Below, piece by piece: positions 11,418 through 24,431 of a DNA stretch of 64,000 nt. How positions within the stretch are numbered: the stretch's first letter is position 1; each line of letters begins with the position of its first letter. The notes under the pieces were generated by a model. The model saw only the letters and a program-made list of their open reading frames with translations. It was not told the DNA's origin and made no database searches. The position numbers were made by a program, and so were the translations under genes. This DNA is from an uncultured delta proteobacterium (GTDB lineage Bacteria > Myxococcota_A > UBA9160 > SMWR01), in NCBI GenBank assembly GCA_963832165.1, contig CAWHTE010000001.1:256001-320000 (forward strand), written 5' to 3'.

Positions 11418-13635
11418 GTGGGGAGGTCCGTCTTGCGAGGGGCGCAGGCGCAACAGATCCGGTCTCGGCTGTGCGGCGTGAGTGCGTGCACCACGCTCGG
11501 GACGCTGCTGGGATTCGCCGCGGTGTTGCACGGGCTGGAGCCGGCCGGGCTCTCCGACCGGGTTCTCGCTCGCGCGCCTGCTGCTGCACGCGCTCGTGTG
11601 CTTCGGCGCCGGCACCGTGCTCGCGTGGGCGTGCGCGAGCCGCGCGCTCGCCGACCTCGATGTCTCGAACCGCGACGTCACTGCGGGCCTCGACACCGCG
11701 CATCGCATGGCGGGCCGCTTCGCGGCGGGCTCGTTCGGGATCTGGATGGGGTGCGCGCTCGTCGGAATTCTCGTCGAGCCGCAGCTCGCGGTATCCGCCA
11801 ACGTCGCAGACCGCCTGATCGCCTACGCCGCGCTCGGTCTGATCGCCGCCGCCGCGAATACGCTCCTGGCCGCACGCGTGATGGCGCCGGTCGCCGAGGT
11901 GCTTTCCGCGCGCGTGCCGCAGGAGAATCGCGCGCGCATCGCGCGCCCGCTCCCGCTCGCGTGGACGCTGCGACTGCTCGTGACGTCGATCGTGATCGTG
12001 CCCGTGATCCTGGGCGCGCTCGTCCATCAGACGGGCGCACGAGCCGGGGCCGCGGGGACGTTCACCGCGCTGGGCTCGCCGCTCGCGATCTCACTGCTCG
12101 TGCTCGCCGTCGGGCTCGTGCTCGCGGAGCTCGTGAGCGCGCAGGTGCGCGGCGGCGCCGCGTCGCTGCGCAACGCCGCGCACGGTGCCGCGAACGGCAC
12201 CGGGGAGGGGATCGCCGAAGCCGGGGAGTTCTCCGAGGTGTTCGAGGCGCTCGCCGAGCTCTCCACCAAGATCCAGAATGCGCTCCGGGCGTTCGAGAGC
12301 GCGACCGCGGAGCTCGGTGCCGGACTCAGCGATCTCGACTCGAACCGCGACTCGGTCGTCTCGTTGACCGATGCCCAGGTGGCCGACGTCCAGCGGCTCA
12401 CCCAGTCGATGAGCTCGGTCTACTCGCACTCCGAGCAGATCAGCGAGTCGATCCAGGACCTGCGCATCGCCGTCGACGAATCGAGCAGCTCGGTCACCGA
12501 GCTCGGCGCGGCCGGCGAGCAGCTCGTCGGCACCGCGCAGGAGCTGACCACGCGCGCCGACACCGTTTCGTCTTCGATCCAGCGTGCGCTCGCGACGCAC
12601 GGCGACGTCGCGGGCTCCACCGACGTGCTCGCGGGTGTCGCGGCGGACGCCTCCTCCTCGATGGAGCAGATGGCGACCTCGATGCACGAGGTGAACCAGA
12701 ACGCCGAGCGCTGCTCTGAGCTCTCCGACCAGGTGGTGGGCGTCGCGGACCAGGGCTCGCGGATCGTGCAGCAGACGATGGACGGCATGCAGGCGATCCG
12801 CGAGGCGACCGCCACCGCGGAGCGCGTGATCCGCGGGCTCGGCGAGCGCGCGGGCGAGATCGGCGCGATCGTCGACGTGATCGACGGCGTCGCGAGCGAG
12901 ACCAGCCTGCTCGCGCTCAACGCGGCGATCATCGCCGCGCAGGCGGGCGAGCACGGGCGCGGCTTCTCGGTGGTGGCGGGCGAGATCCGCGAGCTCGCGA
13001 CGCGCGTGTCCTCGAGCACTGCCGAGATCACGAACCTGATCCGCTCGGTCCAGGACGAGAGCACCAACGCGGTCGGCGCGATCGAGCGCGGTACCTCGAG
13101 CGTGGCGAAGGGCGTCGAGCTCTCCGAGCAGGCGGGCCGCTCGCTGATCGAGATCACGCGCGTCGCGCGCAGCAACAAGAAGCTGGTCGAAGGCATCGTC
13201 CAGTCGGTGCGCGAGCAGACCAAGGCCGCAACCCACGTGGTGGGAGTGATCGAAGAGGTCAACTCGCAGGCGGAGCGGATCCGCGTCGCCGCGCGGGAGC
13301 AGCAGCAGGGCAACGACGTCGTGCTCGAGCAGGCGCAGGCGATGCGCGAGATGGCCAAGCAGGTGCACCGCACGGCCGACGAGCAGAGCCGCGGCACGCG
13401 CCTGATCGTCGAGACGGTCGAGAACGTGCGCTCCGCGACCGACAAGATGGCGACTTCGGTGAACGAGCAGACCGCGAGCTGCTCGCGCGTGGTCGCGGCG
13501 ACCTGGGAGACCTTCAAGCGCGCCAAGGACACCCACGACTCGGCCGGCCGACTCACGTCGGCGGTCGAGCGCGTGCGTGAGAACGCGTCGAAGGTGGGCG
13601 AGGTGGTCGAAGAGCTGCGATCGGGGCGCAGCTAG
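11418..13635 (+). CDS. Methyl-accepting chemotaxis protein with multi-TM N-terminus (start uncertain; probable frameshift near 11570)
   Basis: Signalling tip LLALNAAIIAAQAGEHGRGFSVVAGEIRELA, long heptad region, several hydrophobic helices at the N-terminus. Confidence 0.88.
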
Positions 13636-13723
13636 CCCGAACTGGCCAGCACTTCCCCTTGCGCCGCGGGGCCGGCTGCGCGGATACTCATCACGTGCGC
13701 TCGCTCATGTGGTGTGTCCGCGC

Positions 13724-14440
13724 GTGATCTCGTGGCTGCTGCTGGGCTTCACGATGGGACTGCGCCACGCGCTCGACGCCGACCACCTCGCCGCGGTGGC
13801 GAGCCTGTCGGCGCGCGCAGGGAGTCCCGCTGCGCTGCTGCGCGTCGCGGGGGCGTGGGGTGTCGGGCACGGGCTCGTGATCCTCGCGATCGCCTGCCTT
13901 TGGGTGGCGACGGGAGTCGCCGTTCCCGAACGAGCGCAGCCGTTCGTCGAGGCGGCAGCAGGCCTGCTGCTCGTCTGGCTCGGCGTCGATCTGCTGCGCG
14001 AGCACGGCGGTGCGCGTGCCCACCTGGGCATTCACGAACATCGCGGGGGAACCGTGCACGCGCACTTCCACTGGCGCGCGCCGCGGGAGCACCCGAATGA
14101 GGCGGGCCTCCTCGTTCATCTCCACCCGCGCGACCCATTGCGTCGGGCGCTGCTCGTCGGCTCGCTGCACGGTCTCGGCGGATCGGCGATCCTGGGTCTG
14201 CTTGCCGCGCGCAGCGCGCACGCGGGTCAAGCGATCGCCTATGCCGCGGTGTTCGGGCTCGGCGCCACCGCGGGGATGCTCGCGCTCTCGACGACGATAT
14301 CGCTGCCACTGCGCTCGCCCGGGCTGCGTGCGGCGGCGCTCGGTCGGTCGAGCCGGGTCGCGATCGCCGCCGCGTCAATCGCGATCGGCGTCTGGATCGG
14401 CGCACGCGCGCTGCTGCAGCTCGACCGATTCGGAGCCTGA
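13724..14440 (+). CDS. Nickel/cobalt transporter (NiCoT/UreH-like)
   Basis: GLRHALDADHLAAV signature, WGVGH, His-rich loop HLGIHEHRGGTVHAHFH, GSLHGLGGS. Confidence 0.85.
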   Translation: MISWLLLGFTMGLRHALDADHLAAVASLSARAGSPAALLRVAGAWGVGHGLVILAIACLWVATGVAVPERAQPFVEAAAGLLLVWLGVDLLREHGGARAHLGIHEHRGGTVHAHFHWRAPREHPNEAGLLVHLHPRDPLRRALLVGSLHGLGGSAILGLLAARSAHAGQAIAYAAVFGLGATAGMLALSTTISLPLRSPGLRAAALGRSSRVAIAAASIAIGVWIGARALLQLDRFGA

Positions 14441-14451
14441 GGAGAACTCGC

Positions 14452-16977
<2,526 letters not shown>

Positions 16978-16996
16978 CGCGACCTCCGAGCCGGCT

Positions 16997-18405
16997 CTAC
17001 GACTGGATCACCAGCTTCGACAGGCTCGTCTTGCGCAGGTTGGTCTTCTGAATCGTGCGGACCAGCTCGGCGACCTTCTCGATATCGGTCTCGAACGGAT
17101 TGTTACAGATGACGCGGACGTTGAGAAGGTTTCCGAGTCGGATGTTCGACCAGTCGAGGTCGTACTGGATCGAGTTCTGGCGCGCGAGCTTGATGAACTC
17201 GCCGCGCATGCGCGCGCGCGTGTCCGGCGGCGGCTCGGTCTTCGCCTTGATGATCTCTTCGTCGTTGAGCACGCGCTCGACCATTCCACCGCGCTCGAGC
17301 AGGTAGTAGAGCCCGCGGTTGAGGCGCAGGTCGTGGTACTGGAGATCGAGCATGAACACGCGCGGGTCGTTCCAGCGTGGTGTTGTTGCGCTCGATGTAC
17401 GAGCGGATCATCTTGCGCTTGATCACCCAGTCGATCTCGCGGTCGAGCTGATCCGGGTCGTCGCTCAGGCAGTCGAGCGTGTACTGCCACTTTGCCACGG
17501 CGTCGCGCAGCTCGTCGCGACACCGGGTACTGCTCGATGTACTTGTGCGCCATCTCGCAGTACTCCATCTGGATCTCGATCGGGGAGTACTCGCGGCCGT
17601 TGTCGAGCCGGAGCTTGCGCTTGCACGTGGTGTCGTAGGAGATGTCCTTGATCGCCTTCACGGGATTGCGCAGCGTGAAGTCCTGATTGATGAAGTTGTC
17701 TTCGATCATCTGGAGCACGATCGCGCACGCGCCGACCTTCAGGAAGTTCGTGTACTCCGACATGTTGGAGTCGCCCACGATCACGTGCAGGCGGCGGTAC
17801 TTCTCGCGGTCGGCGTGGGGCTCGTCGCGCGTGTTGATGATCGAGCGATCGTTCGTCGTCGTGCCCGAGATCTTCTGATAGATGTGCTGGGCGCGCTGGC
17901 TCGTGCAGTAGTGCACGCCGTCCTGGGTCTGGAACACCTTGCCCGCGCCGGTGTAGATCTGGCGCGTGACGAGGAACGGGATCAGCTGCTCGGCGAGGTA
18001 GTAGAAGTCGACATCGCGGTCGACGAGGTAGTTCTCGTGGCAGCCGTAGCTGTTGCCGACGAAGTCGGTGTTGTTCTTGAAGATCGAGAGCTTTCCGGAG
18101 ATGCGCTCCTCGCGGATCTTCTCCTCCGCGTACATCTGGAGGTCTTCGAGGATCCGCTCGCCGGCCTTGTCGTAGACGATCAGCTGGCGCGGCGATGCGC
18201 ACTCGGGCGTCGCGTACTCGGGGTGGCAGCCCGTGTCCTGGTAGAAGCGGGCGCCGTTCTCGAGGAAGACGTTTAAGAAGTGCTCGGTGGTGATCAGCTT
18301 CTCGAACAAGAAGCGGATCGCCTTCTCGACGGGAAGCGTCTTCCGCCCGTCGGGCGTGAAGATGATCCCGTACTCGGTCTCGATCCCGTAGATGCGCTTC
18401 TGCAC
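16997..18405 (-). CDS. pafA: Pup--protein ligase (frameshifts near 17520 and 17375)
   Basis: [71 protein letters not shown]. Lacks the Dop loop; lies after prcA. Confidence 0.92.
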
Positions 18406-18444
18406 GCCACCCGCCCGACCCGAAAGAGGCCGACCCTCGCGGGT

Positions 18445-19137
18445 CTAGCCGCCGAGGTGCTGTCTCAGCTCATCGGTATCGAGCCTACGGAACTTTCGGC
18501 CGATTCGCGCCTTTTCGAGCAGGCACACCTCGAGATTCTCCGGGTTTACCGAGGCCTTGCCGTCCTTTGCCCGCGAGAGAATCGAGTGCCCGAGCTTGAG
18601 TGCTTCCCCGAGGGGTAGGTCCGGCCGGTAGGTCGAGGAGAGCTGACTGCGCAACTCCTCCTCGGAGCCTCCGATCACGCAGAAATTCCGGTGATCGCTG
18701 ATGCTGCCGTCGTACTGGATCCGGTAGATCTCGTTCTCCTCGTGGCCGGCCAGGCCGGGGTCGCCGACCTCCACCACGATCACCTCGACCTCGAGCGGCT
18801 TGAGCTCGCGCGTGAATACGTCGCCGATCGCCTGCGAGTAGGCGTTCGCGAGCGCGCGCCCGCGCACGTCGTCGCGGCTGTACTGGTAGCCCTTCATGTC
18901 CGCATAGCGGACGCCGATCTTCCGCAGCTGATCGAACTCGCTGAACTTCCCGACGCCCGCGAACGCGATCCGGTCGTAGATCTCGCCGATCTTGGACAGC
19001 GTGGAAGTGTTCTCGGCCATCAGCACGATGCCGTCCTTGAACTCCAGCGTGATGCTCGACTTGCCGCGGGCGATGCCCTTGCGGGCGTACTCGGCCTTGT
19101 CCTGCATCACCTGCTCGGGCGAGACGTAGAAGGGCAT
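18445..19137 (-). CDS. prcA: 20S proteasome alpha subunit
   Basis: MPFYVSPEQVMQDKAEYARKGIARGKS, KIGEIYDRIAFAGVG, LANAYSQ. Confidence 0.95.
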   Translation of the reverse strand: MPFYVSPEQVMQDKAEYARKGIARGKSSITLEFKDGIVLMAENTSTLSKIGEIYDRIAFAGVGKFSEFDQLRKIGVRYADMKGYQYSRDDVRGRALANAYSQAIGDVFTRELKPLEVEVIVVEVGDPGLAGHEENEIYRIQYDGSISDHRNFCVIGGSEEELRSQLSSTYRPDLPLGEALKLGHSILSRAKDGKASVNPENLEVCLLEKARIGRKFRRLDTDELRQHLGG

Positions 19138-19139
19138 GC

Positions 19140-19961
19140 TCACGATGCGGCTCCGTTGCGCCCGTTCGCGCGGCGCGCGAGGATCGCGTCGTAGACTTCG
19201 CGGATCTCGGTCGAGGGCGCCTGCTCGATGCCCGGCTGCGAGCAGAAGATCACGGTCGGGAAGATCCCGCGCACCGTGTCGATCCCGCCCGTACCGCGGT
19301 CTTCGTCTGCGGCGTCGGTGAGCGCCTGGACCGCCATCTCGAGCGCCTCGCTCTTCGACGCGCGCGCGTGGTGCGACTTCTTGAGCGACTCGCGCGCGTA
19401 GAGCCCGCCCGAGCCCGTGGCCTCGTACTCGGCCTCCTCGTAGCGCCCGCCCGTGACGTCGAACTTCCACAGGCGGCCCTGCTTGCGCCGCAGGTCGTAG
19501 CCCGCGAACAGCGGCACCACGACGAGCCCCTGCATCGCGGCCGGCAGATTGGCGCGGATCATCTGCGACAGCTTGTTGGCCTTGCCGTCGATCTCGAGCG
19601 CCTGCCCCTCGATCTTCTCGTAGTGCTCCAGCTCGATGCGCATGATGCGCGCCATCTCGATCGCGGGGCCCGCGGCGCCCGCGATCGCGATCATCGAGTG
19701 GTCGTCGGTGGCGTAGACCTTCTGGACGTCGCGCGAGGCCACGCGCAGGCCCTCGGTCGCAAGGCGATCGCCCGCGACGATCACGCCGTCGGTGTACTTG
19801 AACGCGAGCACCGTGGTTCCGTGGGGAACGTTCAGGCGCTCGAGGTTGCCGTAGCGACCCAGGTCGAACGCCAGGTGCGGGTACTCGACCTGGAGGAGCT
19901 CCAGGAAGCTCGACCCGTCGTACCCCTGACTCGTCCCGGAACCAAAACCCGAAAAACGCAA
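19140..19961 (-). CDS. prcB: 20S proteasome beta subunit with propeptide (start uncertain)
   Basis: Propeptide SSFLELL, processing site PHG|TTVLAF (catalytic Thr1), AGDR, LEHYEKIEG, ATGSGG. Confidence 0.95.
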   Translation of the reverse strand: MRFSGFGSGTSQGYDGSSFLELLQVEYPHLAFDLGRYGNLERLNVPHGTTVLAFKYTDGVIVAGDRLATEGLRVASRDVQKVYATDDHSMIAIAGAAGPAIEMARIMRIELEHYEKIEGQALEIDGKANKLSQMIRANLPAAMQGLVVVPLFAGYDLRRKQGRLWKFDVTGGRYEEAEYEATGSGGLYARESLKKSHHARASKSEALEMAVQALTDAADEDRGTGGIDTVRGIFPTVIFCSQPGIEQAPSTEIREVYDAILARRANGRNGAAS

Positions 19962-19992
19962 AGTCCGCTTCCTCCCCCCGGCGGAGCGGCGA

Positions 19993-20265
19993 CTACTCGC
20001 CTCCGCGCTGGACGTAGTTCTTGACGAACTCCTCGGCGTTCTCTTCCAGCACCTCGTCGATCTCGTCGACGAGCGCGTCCATCTCGTCCTTGAGCTTCTC
20101 GCCCTTCTTGGCGAGCTTCTGCGGTCCCGCGCCCTTGTCGTTGCCGCCCTCGTCGCCGCCCTTCTTGGGCGCCTGCTTCTGGCTGCTCTCTGCGGCCGAG
20201 TAGAGCGGAAGCCATACGTCCCGCTCACCGCGGGAATTCTTCTGGAGTTTCGTCGTTACATGCAT
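19993..20265 (-). CDS. pup: Prokaryotic ubiquitin-like protein Pup (C-terminal GGE)
   Basis: LVDEIDEVLEENAEEFVKNYVQRGGE*. GGGAG RBS before ATG 20265. Lies between dop and prcB. Confidence 0.95.
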   Translation of the reverse strand: MHVTTKLQKNSRGERDVWLPLYSAAESSQKQAPKKGGDEGGNDKGAGPQKLAKKGEKLKDEMDALVDEIDEVLEENAEEFVKNYVQRGGE

Positions 20266-20281
20266 GTTGGCTCCCGTCGTA

Positions 20282-21769
20282 TCAGGCTCGCAGGTTCCTC
20301 ACCAGATCGGCAGCGGTGGGGGAACTGTCGAGCAGGTCTTCCACGTGGGCTTTGGTCCCCTTGAGAGGCTCGGCCATCAGGATGCGCTTGATCGGCTCGC
20401 TGTCGACGCCGAACGAAATCGAATCCCAATTGACCCCGAATACCGCGGCTCCGTACTTCTTCAGGCACTGCCCGCGGAAATAGGCCCGCGTGTCAGCCGG
20501 CGGGGTATGAATCGCCGCGAGAATCTCGTCGTCCGTGACGATCCGCTCCGCGTGACCCTGCCGCTCCAGAAGATAGTACAGACCCCTTCTCCGGACGAAG
20601 ATCGTGGTACTGGAGATCGAGCATCTCTACCTGGGCCGAGTTCCAGTCCAGTGACTTGCGCTCCATGAAGCGCTCGATCATCGCCTTCTTCATCACCCAG
20701 TCGATCTTCTCGTGGAGCTCCATCGGATCGCTGCGCAGCGCTTCGATCGCGTGCTCCCACTTCACGAGCACGTCCTTCGTGATCGGATCGAGCGACTGCT
20801 TGGCCGTGTAGGCGAGCGCCATCTCGAGGTAGTCGGCCTGGATGTCGATCGCGGACCGGCGCTTGCCGTCGTCGAGCGGGAACTCGTGCTTGCAGGTGGG
20901 GTCGTGCGAGACTTCCTTGATCGCGCGCACCGGGTCTCGCAGCGACAGGTTCTTCGTGATCGCGCCGTCCTCGATCATCGCGAGCACGAGCGCAGTCGCG
21001 CCGTTGCGCAGGTAGATCGTGTACTCGGACAGATTCGCGTCGCCCACGATCACGTGGAGACGGCGGTACTTCTCGCGATCGGCGTGCGGCTCGTCGCGCG
21101 TGTTGATGATCGGCCGCTTCACCATCGTGTCGAGCGCGACCTCGGTCTCGAAGAAGTCGGCGCGCTGCGAAATCTGATACTCGCACGGATGTCCGCGGTT
21201 CTCCGAGCCGACCTTGCCCGCGCCGCAGTAGATCTGCCGCGTCACGAAGAAGGGCATCAGGCACTCCACGATCTGCTTGAAGGACGTGCGGCGGTCCATC
21301 AAGTAGTTCTCGTGCGATCCGTAGCTGTTGCCCTTGCGGTCGCTGTTGTTCTTGTAGATCAGCATCTGCGTGCCGGCCGGCAGCAGTGCGTTGGCTTCGC
21401 GGCGGCTCGACTTCGAGGATCCGCTCGCCCGCCTTCTCGTGCACGACCAGGTCGCGGACGTTCGTGACTTCCGGACACGAATACTCGGGGTGCGCGTGGT
21501 CGACGTAGTAGCGCGCGCCGTTCACGAGCGTCTTGTTGCGCGCGATGTTCTCCTGCTGGTTCGGCGTGTACTTCTCGCCGTCCACCTGGAAGCCGCGCGC
21601 GTCCGCGAGCGGGATTCTCCTGGTCGTAGTCCCAGAGGATCTCGCCCGCGTGATCCTCGCGGTACGCGTTGACCAGCAGCACGCAGCTGCTGATCGGGTC
21701 GAAATCGGGATCACCCTTCACGGTGATCCCGTACTCGACCTCTGTCCCCATCACCTTCGGAATCGCCAT
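20282..21769 (-). CDS. dop: Depupylase/deamidase Dop (frameshifts near 21612, 21410 and 20585)
   Basis: MGTEVEYG, Dop loop [53 protein letters not shown], stitched across frames. Confidence 0.92.
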
Positions 21770-21803
21770 TCAGTCTCCGCGCGAGTGGCGCCTCGCGTAC
21801 CCG

Positions 21804-23648
21804 TTACAGGTACTGGCCCGAGGTGATGTTTTCAATCGACTTCTCCTTGCGGGAAATGCCCGTCATGAGCGTGCGCACGTTGATGATGCGCTCGCCCTTC
21901 CGACCCGAGATCCGCGCCCAGTCATCCGGGTTGGTGGTGTTCGGAAGGTCCTCGTTCTCCTTGAACTCGTCGTTCACGGAGTTGATGAGGTCTTCGAGCA
22001 TGATTCCGCGCTCGTTGTGCTCGATCGTGCGCTTCACTGCGCGCTTCTTCGCGCGCGACACGATGTTCTGGATCATCGCGCCGCTTGCGAAGTCCTTGAA
22101 GTAGAAGATCTCGCGCTCGCCCTTCGCGTAGGTGACCTCGAGGAACTTGTTCTCCTCGTTGGTCGTGTACATGCGGTCGATCGTGTCCGAGATCATGCCC
22201 TCGACGATCTTGGCCGCATCGCTGCCGTAGTGCTCCTGCGCGCTCGCGTGGAACGGCAGGTCGGCGGTCAGATACTTCGTGAAGATCTCGCGCGCCGCGT
22301 TTGCATCCGGCCGATTCACCTTGATCTTGAGGTCGAGGCGGCCCGGCCGCAGCACGGCGGGATCGATCAGGTCCTGGCGATTGCTGGCGCCGATCACGAT
22401 CACGTTGTTGAGCGACTCGACGCCGTCGATCTCCGACAGGAACTGCGCGACCACGGTCGCTTCCATGTCGGAGGAGATGCCCGAGCCGCGCATGCGGAAC
22501 AGCGAGTCCATCTCGTCGAAGAAGATCACGACCGGCACGTTCTCGCTCGCCTTGTCGCGCGCCTTCTTGAAGACCTCGCGCAGCTTGTGCTCGGTCTCGC
22601 CGACGTACTTGTTCAGGAGCTCGGGGCCCTTGACGTTCAGGAAGTACGGCGTGGTCTCCTTGCCGGTGCGCTTCTCGATGCTCTTCGCGAGGCTGTTCGC
22701 GACCGCCTTCGCGATCAGCGTCTTGCCGCAGCCGGGCGGGCCGTAGAGCAGGATGCCCTTGGGCGCCGACAGCTTGTGCTCTGCGAAGACCTCCGGGTAG
22801 ATGTAGGGCAGCTCGACCGAGTCGCGCAGGATGCCGATCTGGTCGCCGAGACCGCCGATGTCGTCGTAGGTGACGTCCGGGATCTCCTCGAGCACCACTT
22901 CTTCGACGGCCGACTTCGGCATCTTCTCGAACGCGTAGTGCGTGCGCGGGTCGTAGAGGATGTGGTCTCCGACCTTGAGGGTCTCGCGCCGCAGCGGATC
23001 CGAGAGCGTGATCACGCGCTCGTCGTCCGTGTGCCCGAGTGCGATCACGCGGTTGTCGGCGAGGAAATCGACGACCGACGCGATCTCGCCGCGCGCGATG
23101 AAGCCCGCGGGCTCGACGACGTTGAACGCCTCGTTCAGCACCACCTGCTGGCCTTCCACGAACTGGAAGGGGTCGACGTTCGGATGCACGTTCACGCGCA
23201 TCTGGCGGCCGTCGACGAAGATCTCCGCGGTGCCGTCCTTGTTGGCGCGCGTGAAGACCCCGTAGTTGTTGGGCGGAGCGCAGAGCTTGTCGACTTCCTC
23301 CTTGAGGAGCTCGATCTGCTGCTTCGCTTCCTGCAGCACGCCGACCAGGCGCTCGTTCTGTCGCTCGGCGTCGGCGAACTGCTCGCGCGTGAGGTGATAG
23401 CGGCGGCGCATCGCCTCGTGCTCGGCGAGCACGCGGTCGAGGCGGCGGCGGAACTCGGGCGAATCGGCGCCAAACAGGCGCAGCGCATTGCGGAGATCTT
23501 CGACTTCGTCGCGCGGCGACCGCGCGGGATCGCCTTCGCCGGGCTCCGACGGTTCACCTTCCGGCCCCGGAGGAGCGGCGGAGATGCGTCGCATCACGTC
23601 GCGCACGAAGCCCTTTCGACCAGACCTCGGATCGAACTCGCTGCTCAT
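21804..23648 (-). CDS. arc: Proteasome AAA ATPase ARC/Mpa
   Basis: N-terminal coiled coil ending EEVDKLCAPP, GPPGCGKT, KGPELLNKYVGE, FFDEMD, LRPGRLD, C-terminal GQYL docking motif. Confidence 0.97.
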   Translation of the reverse strand: MSSEFDPRSGRKGFVRDVMRRISAAPPGPEGEPSEPGEGDPARSPRDEVEDLRNALRLFGADSPEFRRRLDRVLAEHEAMRRRYHLTREQFADAERQNERLVGVLQEAKQQIELLKEEVDKLCAPPNNYGVFTRANKDGTAEIFVDGRQMRVNVHPNVDPFQFVEGQQVVLNEAFNVVEPAGFIARGEIASVVDFLADNRVIALGHTDDERVITLSDPLRRETLKVGDHILYDPRTHYAFEKMPKSAVEEVVLEEIPDVTYDDIGGLGDQIGILRDSVELPYIYPEVFAEHKLSAPKGILLYGPPGCGKTLIAKAVANSLAKSIEKRTGKETTPYFLNVKGPELLNKYVGETEHKLREVFKKARDKASENVPVVIFFDEMDSLFRMRGSGISSDMEATVVAQFLSEIDGVESLNNVIVIGASNRQDLIDPAVLRPGRLDLKIKVNRPDANAAREIFTKYLTADLPFHASAQEHYGSDAAKIVEGMISDTIDRMYTTNEENKFLEVTYAKGEREIFYFKDFASGAMIQNIVSRAKKRAVKRTIEHNERGIMLEDLINSVNDEFKENEDLPNTTNPDDWARISGRKGERIINVRTLMTGISRKEKSIENITSGQYL

Positions 23649-23707
23649 GCCGTCTCCTCGTTCAGCCGGCGTACCTGTCGGGTCGCTGCGGCTCCGCGCG
23701 GAGTTAC

Positions 23708-23723
23708 TGCAAGCGGGATGCCA
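23708..23723 (-). promoter_or_regulatory. sigma54 (-24/-12) promoter of the Pup-proteasome operon
   Basis: Minus strand reads TGGCATCCCGCTTGCA (GG-N10-GC, near consensus TGGCAC-N5-TTGCW), about 60 nt upstream of the arc ATG. Confidence 0.7.
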
Positions 23724-24431
23724 CTACCGATCGGAGCGTATCCATCTCGATCCACTGCACAGAATTCTGTTGCGACTGGAAGGTTCGCGCGGCGTCGCCG
23801 CAACCTGTGTTGCACGTGCGCGCCAGTTTCGTGTGAGCTGCCGCGGGTGTTCGCTCGAAGCGACTGCGGTGCTGCGAACACCGCGGCGCAACGAGTCCAA
23901 AACAACTTCGGTGCTCGTATTTCTCCCATCGCGAATCACCCGGGAGCCATGCAACCGATGCTGCGCCAACGCAGCCGTCCGAGGGCGGATCGCTGGCTCC
24001 CAACCTCCCGGAATAGCGAAACTTTTTCGAGCGTAGCAGAGGCGCCAAGCGGCAACCATCACCGCGCCGCAGATAGCGGTCTAAGTAGCGACGGAGCCAC
24101 CGCGAATCGGGCCTCGCGCGCATGGGTGCGAGGTCGGCCGAAAGGACGGGCGCGATCGATCCGCGGGCAGGCCGGCGGGTGTCCGCCACGGGGGCAATCG
24201 TGCCCTTCATGAGGCGCGGGTCCGCACCCAACTCGCCCCGCGCGATTAGCGCGACCGCTGCGCACCCCCTGCCGCTTAGAGATGCTCAGTGAGGGTTCAG
24301 GAGCCGGCGATTTTGACGCAACCGTCGGCAAGTCGTCTCGGAAACCGGGCGCGAAGTGGCTTGCGCGGGGGAAGCCCAACGGAGAAGCGCGGTTCCAATT
24401 TTGGGCGGTGGCGCGCACCGCACCGCGGCTT

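Noticed and set aside
19993..20265. UBact rather than Pup
   Set aside because: It has the Pup-type DEIDEVLEENAEEFV core and a di-glycine GGE end, not the R(T/S)G(E/Q) end of UBact.
16997..21769. pafA and dop as pseudogenes or programmed frameshifts
   Set aside because: Essential alaS is broken the same way, catalytic motifs are intact, and the breaks share no slippery motif or homologous position. Sequencing error is the simpler explanation.
23890..24431. Hidden small gene or ncRNA between arc and lolA
   Set aside because: Candidate ORFs lack an RBS, typical codon pattern or motifs, and I recognised no RNA family signature.
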